NCBI GenBank assembly: GCA_002633005.1 | Contig: NMRA01000544.1 | Span: forward strand, 209,158-273,157 | DNA from: Phoronis australis | Lineage: Eukaryota; Animalia; Phoronida | Reading direction: 5' to 3' | Length of the DNA stretch: 64,000 nt | In this document: in pieces, positions 52,868 through 64,000 of the stretch | Layout: each line of letters begins with the position of its first letter | Position numbering within the stretch: the stretch's first letter is position 1 | Made by a program: the position numbers and the translations under genes | Notes under the pieces: generated by a model | What the model saw: the letters and a program-made list of their open reading frames with translations, nothing else | What the model was told of the DNA's origin: nothing | The model's database searches: none

Positions 52868-53051
52868 AAGGAAAATCATTATCACGAACACTGGACGGCG
52901 GCCATCTTGAAAAATGGCCGCCATCTTGGATTTTCAGGTGGCTAGTCGGACAGATTTCTTAAGTGTGCTATTATGAGTCATCATGGAAAATTTGGTGCTT
53001 GTATCACCATTTGCACAATTCTGGTGCATATTTGCACTTATCTGCCCAGCT
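52868..53051. mobile_element. Fragment of an interspersed repeat (AAAATGGCCGCCATCTTGG motifs) present next to only one of the two duplicate copies
   Basis: Replaces the flank seen before 51282; GGCGGCCATCTTG-type motifs are typical of invertebrate non-autonomous repeats. Confidence 0.55.
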
Positions 53052-54072
53052 ACAAGCTATGATGTATCCCCAAGACCCGATACAACATAACTGCAGTACA
53101 GAGCTAAAGTAATCAGCAACTGTAAAACACCATGACGAGCGATTCTTTTAATATACAGAGACAACGTCTGGGAATGACTGCTTTATTGTTGTAAGACCTT
53201 AAATTGAATAGCTTTTCAAACATGGTAACTTTCCAATAAATTCCTCATACGCAGTAATGGTTAAGCACTTGTATAATAAACCCCTCTTGTGCCCAGTCAA
53301 CATGACGAAATTTCAGTTTATCCAATGGCCACTTCCCAGAATATCACTGAGTTGCCTCCCGTTCTGGAGAGTTTACCCACAATGTTGGGCGACTACTGCC
53401 ACTTGTAGCAAAGTTGTACACTGCTGCCGAGCTCATCATTTTTTTATTAAAATCAAATAACAATTTGAAATTCTCGTGGCAATGAAGTTTTACTGTTGTG
53501 TAGAAAGTTGCAATGCAAACATCAAAAAATTGATTGAAAAGCCCAGTCAAGCATGATCGTTCTCCACTTGTATGTCTTACGGCTCAGGAGTGTGACAGCG
53601 GCACTTTATTTAAAAATCTAGATTGATCATGCAATGCATTTTTTTTCTACCTCTGCAAAAGAGAGTTGAATCTGGGAAGCGGGAATTACTTCTAACGCTA
53701 CAGCAGATCACTATTCCTTTTTGTCCACTGTAGTACACCTACCAAAAACCATGGTCGGTACAAAGGCATCAAAATGTATCACGAGAAGAAATCTCCAGTA
53801 ACTTAAGATTAACCAAATTCAACAAAGTGCCCAAGATATTGCTACAAGGTTATTAGTACCATTTTTATCATACTTAAATGCAGAATGTAGTAAGGTAACC
53901 TGTATTCGCTATTCTTTCAAAAATTGATGATAATTCAAAGTTTTCAATTTCATAACAAGAAATTCTCCAGCAAAACATCATCCATAAGAAAATAAACACA
54001 AAACCAAATACGGACACTTTTCATAGCCCAAACTTGTACAATAAATTGTGCGCAACCTACTGTTATCACAAG

Positions 54073-54718
54073 TCACTCTGCAAGCGAAAGTTCAGCATCT
54101 CTCAACAACCCAATCTCTTCTTCACCGTCACAGCTGCCTCTATCATCGCCACCACCATCGAAATTCTTTGTGAACTCCACTTTGTCATTCTCATCAACAT
54201 ATTTAGTTAACCCGTAATCATCCCATGACAAGTCCCCACTGCATCGACCAGTGCTGTTCTCAGCGCCATCTCCAGGAAGACTGAAAATCTCTGTCACACG
54301 CACCTTGTTATCTTCCATGTAGTAATACGCCAGCACGGCCTCGCTTTCATTTGCCACCTGTAGGCAATTTTCGAACGTGTCGTACAACTGGTGACACATG
54401 TCGTCTTCCATCCCCTGAGCATGTTTGTGGTGACCTTTGTGTGTCGGATGCACTGTTGTATGAATATTGTGGTGTGACGACACATCTTCGATGTCCATGC
54501 TGTCGAAGACTTCATCACCCTCGATCAAACTCTGGCGGATGTGGTGTAGTTCCTCAATATACTGATGAGTGGCGTGTCGCATGGAGTAGTGAGATGGGAA
54601 GTCCACACCATGCTTTAGACGAGACATCGATGTGAATGTTTTTGTGTCGATGTTCCCAGGTATCGTGTGTGAATCTCTCTGATCAGATACCTCACTGATT
54701 GCAAGTTGACAATTGAAT
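54073..54718 (-). CDS. PNPLA2: PNPLA2-like terminal exon (FNCQLAISEV...LLRDAELSLAE*)
   Basis: TTTGTAG acceptor; long open frame to TGA; only synonymous differences from the duplicate copy. Confidence 0.87.
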
Positions 54719-57700
54719 CTACAAATAACAAAAATATTAAATATCCTATTACCATTATTATTTTTATTGCCTGAAACGGCTAAGCCAAACTTCATTTGTG
54801 AAATGTATAATCCATAATTAGTATTGTGTTTTTTTCATTACATTCATAACTACGACCAACAAATGATTCAGCGGCGAAACGCTGGTTGAAGCACTAATGT
54901 TAAAAATCTCAACTCACTTGGCGCTGTACTTATGGCGCCCCCTGTTGATGTGCTTCATGATCTCCAGTAAGACTTGCATCATCTCTTGTGCAGCCCACAC
55001 AATGTCTTCTGGTAGATACGGCATCCACGCTATGAACCTGGCCAACAATATGGATAGACCGAATTTTATCAGCAAGTCACAACAACCACAATTAGCAAAC
55101 ATCATTATCAGAGTCAGCGACTAAATGTAGCATAGAAAGGTGATCCCGAAATGTAACATAACTCATAACAATGAAGAATGAAAGATCATAAACTTAAGGA
55201 GACTTCAACTTCAAGTACGGTTGATTTGCTATCAATAGGGAGCCATCGACTAGACACCATGTTAATAAATCTCACATGAGCATTTTGAATCTTGCGGTAC
55301 ATCTATCAATGGAGATACAGGAAAATATTCCAAAAAACATTTTCTTTAGTTTTATTTTGTACAACTTCTCAAATTGCAAGGTAACCTAACCAACTCAATA
55401 CATATCATCTGTAGGTTTATTGGATGCAAGAACGCTGTCTCGGATGAAAGTAATTAAATCAAACGCCAACCATCTTCATTTTAAGCCATTTATAAGACGG
55501 ATAGTGACAGGAAAAAGTAGCAGGGATTCAAACCAATCACGACAGGTCACCGAGGTAACAAAGGTATTGCCAATAGTTGATTAAGACAAAATGTCACTGC
55601 GATTGCCATTCAATTACAATTATTATTAAAAACATGCATTTCCATGCTGATAGCTAGCTGTCCCTACCGCTACGCAAGACATTTGTAGTGTCAATTCATC
55701 CTGGCTGAGATGGACCTCAACTGCCAATGTGTACCAGTCCTGCCCCCTGGCTACGGGCATCTCAAACCCAGCTTCATCATACCAAATCTTTTCTCGATCA
55801 CCCTTACCTCTTCAACAAGTTGTATCCTATATGAAGAGGCAGATAGAGAGGGCTCCACATGAGAGACAGCACCCGGTAAACATTGTGTTGATGGATGTAG
55901 TTATACAGGCCAGTATTGAAGGCTTTTATTGAAGAGTCCAAGGCTGAAATGGGCAGGATGGAAAAATTATATTACAGAACAAATAACTGCATATTAAATA
56001 TGGTACCCACCCCTTCAAGTTTACACACTTCTATGAACACTTACAGTTCCATTGTTATGTTTCAGAACCACACCTTTCTCTAAATAGAGGTGCTTTATGC
56101 AGGTATCAATCTGGTCTATAGTTGAGCATTCCCAGATTGAAGTCTTTTGTCCAGCAACAACCATGCATGCAGACAAACAGGTCAATTACATGATCTACCA
56201 TGCTTCAAAGAGATAGTATCATTGAAGTCATTGCTGGTAGATAATTGACCTACTTCACACAACAGGAAATTGGGTCATCATTCATGATAATGCCATGGTA
56301 GGTTCTTGAACTAATCTATTGACAAGAGACAATGAAGGTACTTGTGAGCTGCTCTTCTGGAGTTTCCAAATTTAATTCTAAAGCATTAAGGTTACATAGG
56401 ACCTTCTCATAGACAAATCAGTGTATTCAACCATTATCTACAAGGGTATTCAACCACATATCTACAGAACGATAGATTTTAACTCCGTGTGAAAGTATAT
56501 GTTTTCTGAAAGTTTTGATTTTTGACCTGATACCACCAAATTTAGTCAAATTTGGACATAATTCTAGGATTTTACATAACCTTGAGCCGAATAAATACGA
56601 TAGATGCACACTATTTAGCAGTCTTGAAATAGAACCCTACTATAACATTTAATAACTTGTTGTATACTCAGAAGACAGCAGCTTGACAGTTAGCATTTTT
56701 TATTTCCTATTTCAGTGATCAGAAAAACAGCATAACTTTCCCATTTATCTATAGTATATTGTTAGAGTGACAAATTAGTCACCATTTTCAGCATTACAGT
56801 TGCCCAGAGCAATTCTTAACAATAATAAGTACATGCATGTAATTGCATTACTATAAATCAGTGCGGTGATACCGTACGAGTAAAAATTGTTAGCCTTCAT
56901 ACACATTATATGTTGGTCGCATTACGTGACCTTAAGCCAGTAAAATGGCTCCGATGGCACAGTTGACGAGAGCGATTGCACGGTTAACAGGAAGGCCAGG
57001 GTTTGAGCCCAGTTGAGACAGAAATCTTTTCAGACTTTATTATAGGTCATGTGATGTGACCACCATATGGTCCGTAAAACGACTACTAATTCTTTCTAAT
57101 AATATTACTACAGTTCTACATTAATCAAATATTCACGAAAACATGCAACTTAACATAAAACCACTGAATACCTGAAGCAACCATTGGAGGAATGGTGTCG
57201 GATAGTGCCACCTGTTGACGCTCAAAACACTCCTGACAGTCATCAGGGTGGTCCTCTCCGTAATCACTGTCATCGGAGTCGGAGAGATACTGGAATTTGG
57301 CAGTTGAAACACTGGAGCGAATACTCAGGTGACGAGTGCAGCTGATTAGATCTACAACAGACGGGGTTACCTTTAAAACTGTGGTTCATACAATCAGCAT
57401 TCTAAAAAATCAAGAGACATCCAACTGCTTATTCGAAATAAAGTTGTCAATAATTCAGAGTGTAAGGATGTGCTATTAATGAACAGAGAACGTATGAAAC
57501 TAAAAGGACATGTCATCTAGTACGGTAGATATAGTTGATCCCTTCAAATAATTAAACTGAATCCATTCCTGGATCGCCTAAATAAAAAAATAACAATACA
57601 GTAATGTTTCTTCAAAATAGAACACTACATGGTGAAACAGCAAAATTTTATTTTACGAAGAATTTCAACAATAGTAAACAAGAAGACAATCTTACTTGAT

Positions 57701-58285
57701 AACTTGATAAAGTACAGTTGACATGGAATAAATCACGATGGAATTTTGAACATTTTTAGCAATACAGTGAGCGTTTGAAAAATGCAAAAATGACAATCTT
57801 GGCCATTATTTTTGATCGAATTTGAGAAAAATTTACCATACTTCTTTTAAGAAGTCATAGAGTGGATGCAGATACAGCAAGACACTTTGTCTTATCCTTA
57901 AGTGCCACAAGTGTGCACAGAAAAAGCAAAATTATTATTATTGTTTCTTTCGCAGCGATGCTATGGCCTAAAACTATCATTTCAAATTCAGCCAATCAAA
58001 TCGTCAACACTCACTTGACATTTGCAAAAACTTCAGACAGTCGTCGAAGCCCTGCCGGCACATGTCACTCAAAATTTCTGGATGAGGTGGGAACAAAATG
58101 CGAGTGGCGCGATACATGTTCCCTGCCGATAACTGGATACTCGTATTTCCAAGGTTGACTAGCAATGGGTTGACACTATCTATGTCACGAGGACAGATGT
58201 CACTCTCACCAGCGAAGGGCGAAACGGTGATTGTATCCTCATCCAATACTGGTAAGTTTATGCTGAAAGCACCGTCTATGTAGCG
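54073..58285 (-). CDS. PNPLA2: Patatin-like phospholipase domain protein, PNPLA2/ATGL/brummer-like (last 5 coding exons; 5' exons not found in window)
   Basis: Exons 58015-58285, 57172-57351, 55808-55943, 54918-55037 and 54073-54718 are phase-compatible. Motifs RYIDGAFSINLP, TITVSPFAGESDICPRD, NTSIQLS..N.YR...LFPP.PEILSDMCRQGF.D.L.FL and WMPYLPEDIVW match the PNPLA2/3 group. Confidence 0.9.
54918..55037 (-). CDS. PNPLA2: PNPLA2-like exon (FIAWMPYLPEDIVWAAQEMMQVLLEIMKHINRGRHKYSA)
   Basis: W.P..PEDI.W motif; GTGAGT donor. Confidence 0.9.
55808..55943 (-). CDS. PNPLA2: PNPLA2-like exon (LDSSIKAFNTGLYNYIHQHNVYRVLSLMWSPLYLPLHIGYNLLK), hydrophobic lipid-droplet-targeting-like stretch
   Basis: TTTCAG/GTAAGG junctions; phase 1-2. 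Confidence 0.87.
56387..56590 (+). mobile_element. Family B element fragment in PNPLA2-like intron
   Basis: Starts TTAAGGTTACATAGGACC; ends ...TTACATAACCTT. Confidence 0.6.
56908..57068 (+). mobile_element. tRNA-like core enclosed by inverted repeats
   Basis: 25-bp inverted repeat with 21/25 matches around A box TGGCACAGTTG, B box GGGTTTGAGCC and a TTTT tract. Confidence 0.6.
57172..57351 (-). CDS. PNPLA2: PNPLA2-like exon (LISCTRHLSIRSSVS...CQECFERQQVALSDTIPPMVAS)
   Basis: TTGTAG/GTATTC junctions; phase 1-1; open frame. Confidence 0.85.
58015..58285 (-). CDS. PNPLA2: PNPLA2-like exon with catalytic Asp (DGA) and end of patatin domain
   Basis: ORF 58004-58330; TTTGCAG/GTGAGT junctions. Confidence 0.93.
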
Positions 58286-61200
58286 CTGCAAATAGAGGAG
58301 AGGACAACTGAAATAAATAAAGTTCGTCACTGTACTGACGGTAAATATAACGTGAATCTGTTACGTTGTTATACAGTCTAATATGAAGTTTTGGTTAACC
58401 TGGAGTCAAAATTTAATGACTGAGTCGTTCTAACTTTCCTTCAGAAAAGTTATTCTTCTTCAAAGGAAAGGAATGTGACTACGGTAATACACATTAATTT
58501 TAAATTTAAAATCTGCGTGACACAATCAGGGGTGCATTCAATAATGCAAGTCACGAACTCTCTAGTGACATAAACTCACGCAATTGTCTTGTGAACCATT
58601 AAGGATATCCCATTAAGGCCAATGCCATCTCATCATACAAGATACTAAGCATTACAGAGAGAGCCACAAGTCACAGTCATGTGACCAGATGCTGTGGTTG
58701 TCACATGACCACAAATTCCAAGCTTCATTTCATTTCCACATTTCACTATTGTTAACACCAATTTATGGTTGTAAACCATGGTCAACCACTATTTATCTTT
58801 ACTAAAATATAAACACATGGCCATAGGTCCAAAGTATAACAAATACAAGACAGTACATTGTCGGGTGCGTTACAGACTGGGTAGTAAATTGTAATGCTTG
58901 AGAGCACGGTGGACGAATTTTTCAAGCAGGGTATCCGGAGTTCTCATAAGAGATTCAAATTTCGATGTTGTAAGAGAATGACAAAGACAATCGGTTACTT
59001 AACCCGAAGGTCTTGGTATGCACTGCAAACTAACACAATGTGGTATTCACACTCCACATATCCCGAAGTACATAACTTACAACCTAGTTTCATAGGGAAT
59101 ATTTGTGTGGCGACCGCTTTCCACTAGAAACGAATGACCTGAGGATCGCAATCGAATCAGAGACTGGATAAAAACACGTGGGATACTAAATATTTCTAAA
59201 TAATTCCCTGAACAATACATTGTTTTAAACCTCATTAGTAAGACAGTTTTGCGTTACATTCGATATCAGAATACCAGCCTTGCAAATAACAGTCACTGAC
59301 ATGCTGGAAAAAAACTGTCAAGAAATACGCTTGGTTCACCACACCCGGATTAATCCATACATCTGAAAACCAAAACTTGCCCAATCATAAGATCTTCCGC
59401 TCAGGTCCGACTGAAAAAGCATACCATATGCTGCCTTTACTTACGCTAAGTCGGCATCCAAAGTATTTTGAACCAATATTTTATACAGGAAACATAATAT
59501 TTAGTAAATAATGGGAGTCGACCACATTCTCTCATAACTGCAAAGTTAGAACAGCAACTGCCTACTTCTAAAGTACGTTTACAAAACTTGATATGTACAT
59601 TTTCCAATGGTTCATATTCCTTGAAGCCCCATATCTCAGCGCCCTAACACAGAGGGATAAACCCTTTTATCGAACAGGTGAAAAGCTACTGACGGAGGTA
59701 GATCACAGCATGTTCGCCTTAATTTACAAATTGCAGAGGCAGCTTTATTTGCTTGATAAGATAAGGATTTTCAACTAAATGTAATGTATGTGTAAAGATA
59801 TATACCATAGTTATCCCAAACAACTCTTTTGAGAAATTGCCTCATTAATATCTTTCGTCAGCTTCGAGACTCAGACAGGCGGCATTTCTAAAAGGACCCT
59901 TATTCAAAACTTTCTGTATTCACTTAAAACTTCTTGGAAATTGAAGTACTAATTGGGAGAATTGAAACAAAAAGTCAAGTTATGAACTTCAGCACAACTC
60001 GTTACACGACTTTCGCTGATAAGGGCAACAATACTCAACATTCAGATTTGCGAATAATTTATACAATTAGATTTAAGTGCATGTCCACAGACAGATAAAA
60101 CATTCATCAAGTCAATCCCACAAACACGTTTATGGGCTCATCCATCCCTTTAAATTTAGTACACGGTGCACATTATGTAAATTGGCCTTCTATGGATGTG
60201 CCAATTCTAAATGGCTGAAATTCTGGTGACTGTTTCAGAGTTCTAAAACTGAGCTTTCTCATTACATGAATTTCACAACACACACATGGTCACATGAATT
60301 TAAAATTTACAGACAAAACTTATATGGCAAATTTCCAAACAATCTGAAGACTGGAAGAACTCACAAAAACACCTAAGATTTCAGCTAATCTGGGTTAGTT
60401 GGCATTCATGGTCCTACGTGGTGGCCTTAAACACACGGACAATTTCCAATTTGACATTTTCCGCTGTTTACTGTCCATCCTTCAACAAGAGATGTGAAGA
60501 ACAACTAAATGGTGAACCAACTAACTAAGGTGACCCTCAAATTCAAGTCACAGATTATATAGTTATCTTCCCTAATTTAGCACACAACATGGTTGAAAAA
60601 AGAAATTGTTTTGCCAAATGTCTTCACAAAAATAAAACATAAGAAAATTTTAGCCAATCACCAGCATGACTTATAATGTGTAGACGTCAATAAACAACTG
60701 GGAAAGTTTCCTGTATTTACTGCGAAGTAATCAGCCTTTGAAAACTTGCAATTTAGACAATCATGTGAATGTTCAGTTTTGAAGCTGAAACTCACTGTTC
60801 AGTTCACGTGTACACAGACACGGGTGCTTTGGATGACTTCCAATTACCAGCTGCTTAAACTGGGGTATGGATTTAAAACCCAACATGTTGGGAATTATGT
60901 TGATTGAAAAACTCGTGTTTGGGTATTAAACCGATGGATGCGGCAGCTTCCATCAAGAAACTCTCAGGTCTACAAAGCCGACCGCAGTTCTCAGGCGAGT
61001 TGGTTATCTCGGTCACCCTTAAGTCACATGCCTGTACTGGGCTCACCCAGTCACCCAGATAGATAACATACCTAGAGTTATAACAATGTAAACTTGCCAC
61101 TAATCTATGGTGCCTGCACATGCAGTTTACATACATTATGGTATATGCACTAAACAGCCAAGGCAGGAGAAGAAATTATTAGCAATCTGCTGTCCCGTAT

Positions 61201-61709
61201 GAAGGATAAAGCTAATGTAGTGAGTGAATGTGTTATGTAATTATGTCTTATTTATCGTATTTATTATCATGATGGGTACTAGAAAATTTTAATTTTCAAG
61301 TACCCATAATAAATATATCACCTATAAACTCCATTGCATACAGAAATTAGAGAATTATTCCAAACATGTTCCATTCTTTGCTTATTGCATGGTCACATAC
61401 CGTAATAGGATTCACGGTCGCAAAATCTGCACCGATGCAGCCATGCCATTTACAAACTTATACCTTTCAAATGCTGCAAAGCCTTAAATAAATAATACAC
61501 CTAGTGACATGTTAGACAATGGCAGCTGTGAACTGAAGGTGACATTGTATTATATTAGTCATATTTCCATGCCCCAGATGATAGGTATAAGTTACACTGC
61601 AAAGTCACAGCGCTATGTCTAACAAATCCTGTGAAAACCAATGGAGTTTCTGGAGCCTTCCTACAGATTAACTAGTAAATATATAAATAAAGAGAACACC
61701 GCAGGAACA

Positions 61710-61861
61710 CTGGTAAAAGTGGAGTAAACGGGTCCCTCTTCAAAATGGCTGCAGAGAAACAGTTATCACTGAATAGCGGCAACATCCGCTGTTCAGCGAA
61801 ACTAGTTCCCGGTTAGCCATTTTGAAGACTGCGGGAGACTCATATACTCCATTTTCACCGG
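61710..61861. mobile_element. ~150-bp hairpin/palindromic MITE
   Basis: TCTTCAAAATGGCT pairs with AGCCATTTTGAAGA; inner CTGAATAGCGG-caacat-CCGCTGTTCAG; outer GGTAAAAGTGGAGTA with TACTCCATTTTCACC. Confidence 0.7.
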
Positions 61862-62506
61862 AACATTTTACTAGCAACACCTCAGCCATATTACAAATCT
61901 TTCATGCATGTTGTTGGTTTGTTCACATATAGATAAGACCTGTTATGTAAATGGTTCTGGTTGAGCATCTCAGCAGGTGGTGTCACCAACACTGAACTGG
62001 TGACCCCAACATTTGTTAAGTAACTACTTGTCATATAGCCACTGATAACTGCAAGCTGCAAGGACAGACCTGGATTTAAGTCGGTCAGGGTCACTGCAAC
62101 TGATACTCATTCCTCAGATAGCTAACAGGGAACTTAGTGGACAACCAGAGGGGTCAAAAACAAGTACAGTTAGTAACTAAGGCCACGTTTTTAGATTTCA
62201 ACCTATTCATGAAATGACCGTAAACCGCAGTGATTTGGACTTAACCTTCATAAAGTGAAATTGGTCTAAAACTGTTCCTTAGTCAAATTAGAGGTGATTC
62301 TTGAGCTTGGAAAAAAACGACATTTAATAATTGCAATTTGCTTAAGAGAAGCCTTTTCAAAATGGATTGTCATGGCGTGGAAGAGACATGTTTTGCCCTG
62401 AGCATGATCTTGGACAATAATGAATGCTCACTTTTATAGGAGCAAGTGGTCTAAATCAAAATTTTGCAAACTAAACACATAGCACTGTTTTTGAGTCAGC
62501 TGCTTT

Positions 62507-62852
62507 AAGCCCCGTTTACATGATGGTATTTCACCAGAGTGTATATTTACTTATGGTTTGTATTTTTGCCATGTAAACGTAAATACACCCGGATGTAAAG
62601 CTTCACTAGGGGGGTATAATTACACCACCTCCAAAGGTCATGTAAATGTAAATTTTCTCACGTGCAAAATGGTGTACGTGAACATAATTTTAAATTTACG
62701 CATGGGTGTGAAAGCAAGATTATTCCGCCAAAAGTGCCATTATGAAATTATTTCTGTGATCGCATTTCTTCTTAAAGCAACACCACTACCTTACCATCCA
62801 TAAGATCCTCTGGTGTCATGTGTGCTTTAGTATGGTCTTTATCGAAATGCTT

Positions 62853-62926
<74 letters not shown>

Positions 62927-63998
62927 GCTACTGCTGCTGCTGCTGCTGTAGCTGCTGCTGCTGCTGGGGTGGCGGCAGGTACTGCCACTGAGTGAAACTT
63001 TCACTGACGACTTTTATGTGCCTCGGTTTCACTATCTTTAAGATGTACAACATGCATACTAATAACTTCAGCACGACAAATCATAATCAAATCAGCTGTT
63101 TGGTTCAGTTTGCAAAAAAAATTTGTTCACTCTGATTGAACATTGAATTTCCAAAATCCAGTGCGTCATGAACGCAACTGGGACATGCCATGGATTTACG
63201 TATATCACTAATGATATAACCAGTATCAATAATCACACATCAAAAATAATTGAATACTGGAACCATGTTGTTGAAACAAAAACTTCAAACAATATTTCAG
63301 ATTCGATCGTCAATACGTGAATTCCACCGATATCACCGCCGATTCGAGGAAATCCTAAATTTATCATTCGAGACAATTGCCTTTTGGTAATTTAGTAGAG
63401 CATTACTTAATACTCGTCTGTGAGAGTGTTAGTTTCACGTTACATGAGAACAAGACAACACTTGTTTTTGTAACTTCCCCAAGATTACCAACACTGTAAT
63501 ATTACCAAATCCTGCACGCAATCATTACGACTTGGAAGTTGGCTCCAACGGTGGATTGTTTAATTCGACCGTAACACGTTCGAGGAATACTTGTCAAAAT
63601 GAGTAGACCTTATAGAAGGGTATCGGCCATTTGACAATTTTCAAGCCACCCTTAGTAGTTGAAATTGTCAATATAATGGCGTTTTTCGACAACTCTATCG
63701 ATGCAATTTCTTAGTAAATCCATTCTTTTTGTCGTTTACGATGATCTTTTGGTGATCAATACCTGAGACTCAGAGCTGCCCAGGTTCAAGGCAATTGTTC
63801 TAGAAGAATCTCCTCTCCACTCGCAAATGTTGCTGGAGCGCATAATTATATTGCTTTTCTTTCCCCCCACACGAACGCAACATAAATTTACACCTACACC
63901 CGGGTGTAGAGTAAATTTATGTTCTCCAACCAGGTGTAGATCTGCGTGTGGTAAATATTTACGTTCGGGTGTAAAAGTGCTACATTTAAACAGAGCTT
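62507..63998. mobile_element. Possible old TIR element (Harbinger-MITE-like ends) with internal ACACCCGGGTGT palindromes; may be two separate fragments
   Basis: AAGCCCCGTTTACATG versus CATTTAAACAGAGCTT (13/16 inverted); related TACACCCGG motifs at both ends; near-perfect palindrome at 63880-63924. Confidence 0.4.
62854..62965. repeat. (CTG/CAG)n microsatellite, ~37 triplets with a few interruptions
   Basis: Seen directly. Confidence 0.95.
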
Positions 63999-64000
63999 TC

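Noticed and set aside
52304-52924. Separate 206-aa gene or paralog
   Set aside because: Chimeric across the N at 52867; it duplicates the PNPLA2-like last exon and is most likely allelic.
62816-63004. Poly-Ser or poly-Gln coding exon
   Set aside because: Simple CTG microsatellite with no convincing splice sites or link to the PNPLA2-like frame.
58286-64000. Upstream PNPLA2 exons (GxSxG and CFIP..GLIPP exons), including the GLIP word in ORF 60873-61136
   Set aside because: No segment with matching peptide context and splice sites was found; these exons probably lie beyond the window.

Overview
Eukaryotic, intron-rich, AT-rich (roughly 37% GC by eye) genomic DNA from a non-vertebrate animal. 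The gene structure and repeats suggest a marine invertebrate deuterostome such as a hemichordate, but that is inference. Three spliced protein-coding genes were reconstructed by hand from GT-AG junctions with consistent phases. (1) MED25 on the minus strand: 13 coding exons from the ATG at 19045 down to 2270, encoding a VWA domain, a long poly-Q exon and the ACID/PTOV domain; the terminal exon was not identified. (2) A BRSK/SAD-1 family Ser/Thr kinase on the plus strand (ATG 19435 to stop 45455), head-to-head with MED25 with only 389 bp between the ATGs. One essential kinase exon is missing at an N gap, and a distal last exon ends in the PDZ ligand -DKV. (3) The 3' part of a patatin-like lipase (PNPLA2/ATGL/brummer-like) on the minus strand (54073-58285), convergent with BRSK. 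Introns and UTRs hold tRNA-derived SINEs, several MITE/foldback DNA elements (some TTAA-flanked, Kolobok-like), minisatellites and a (CTG)n tract. Three of the four single-N gaps are flanked by duplicated sequence that looks like assembly overlap or uncollapsed haplotype. There is no CRISPR, prokaryotic system or intact transposase. I found no clearly new biological system; the best leads concern regulation, splicing and repeat architecture.
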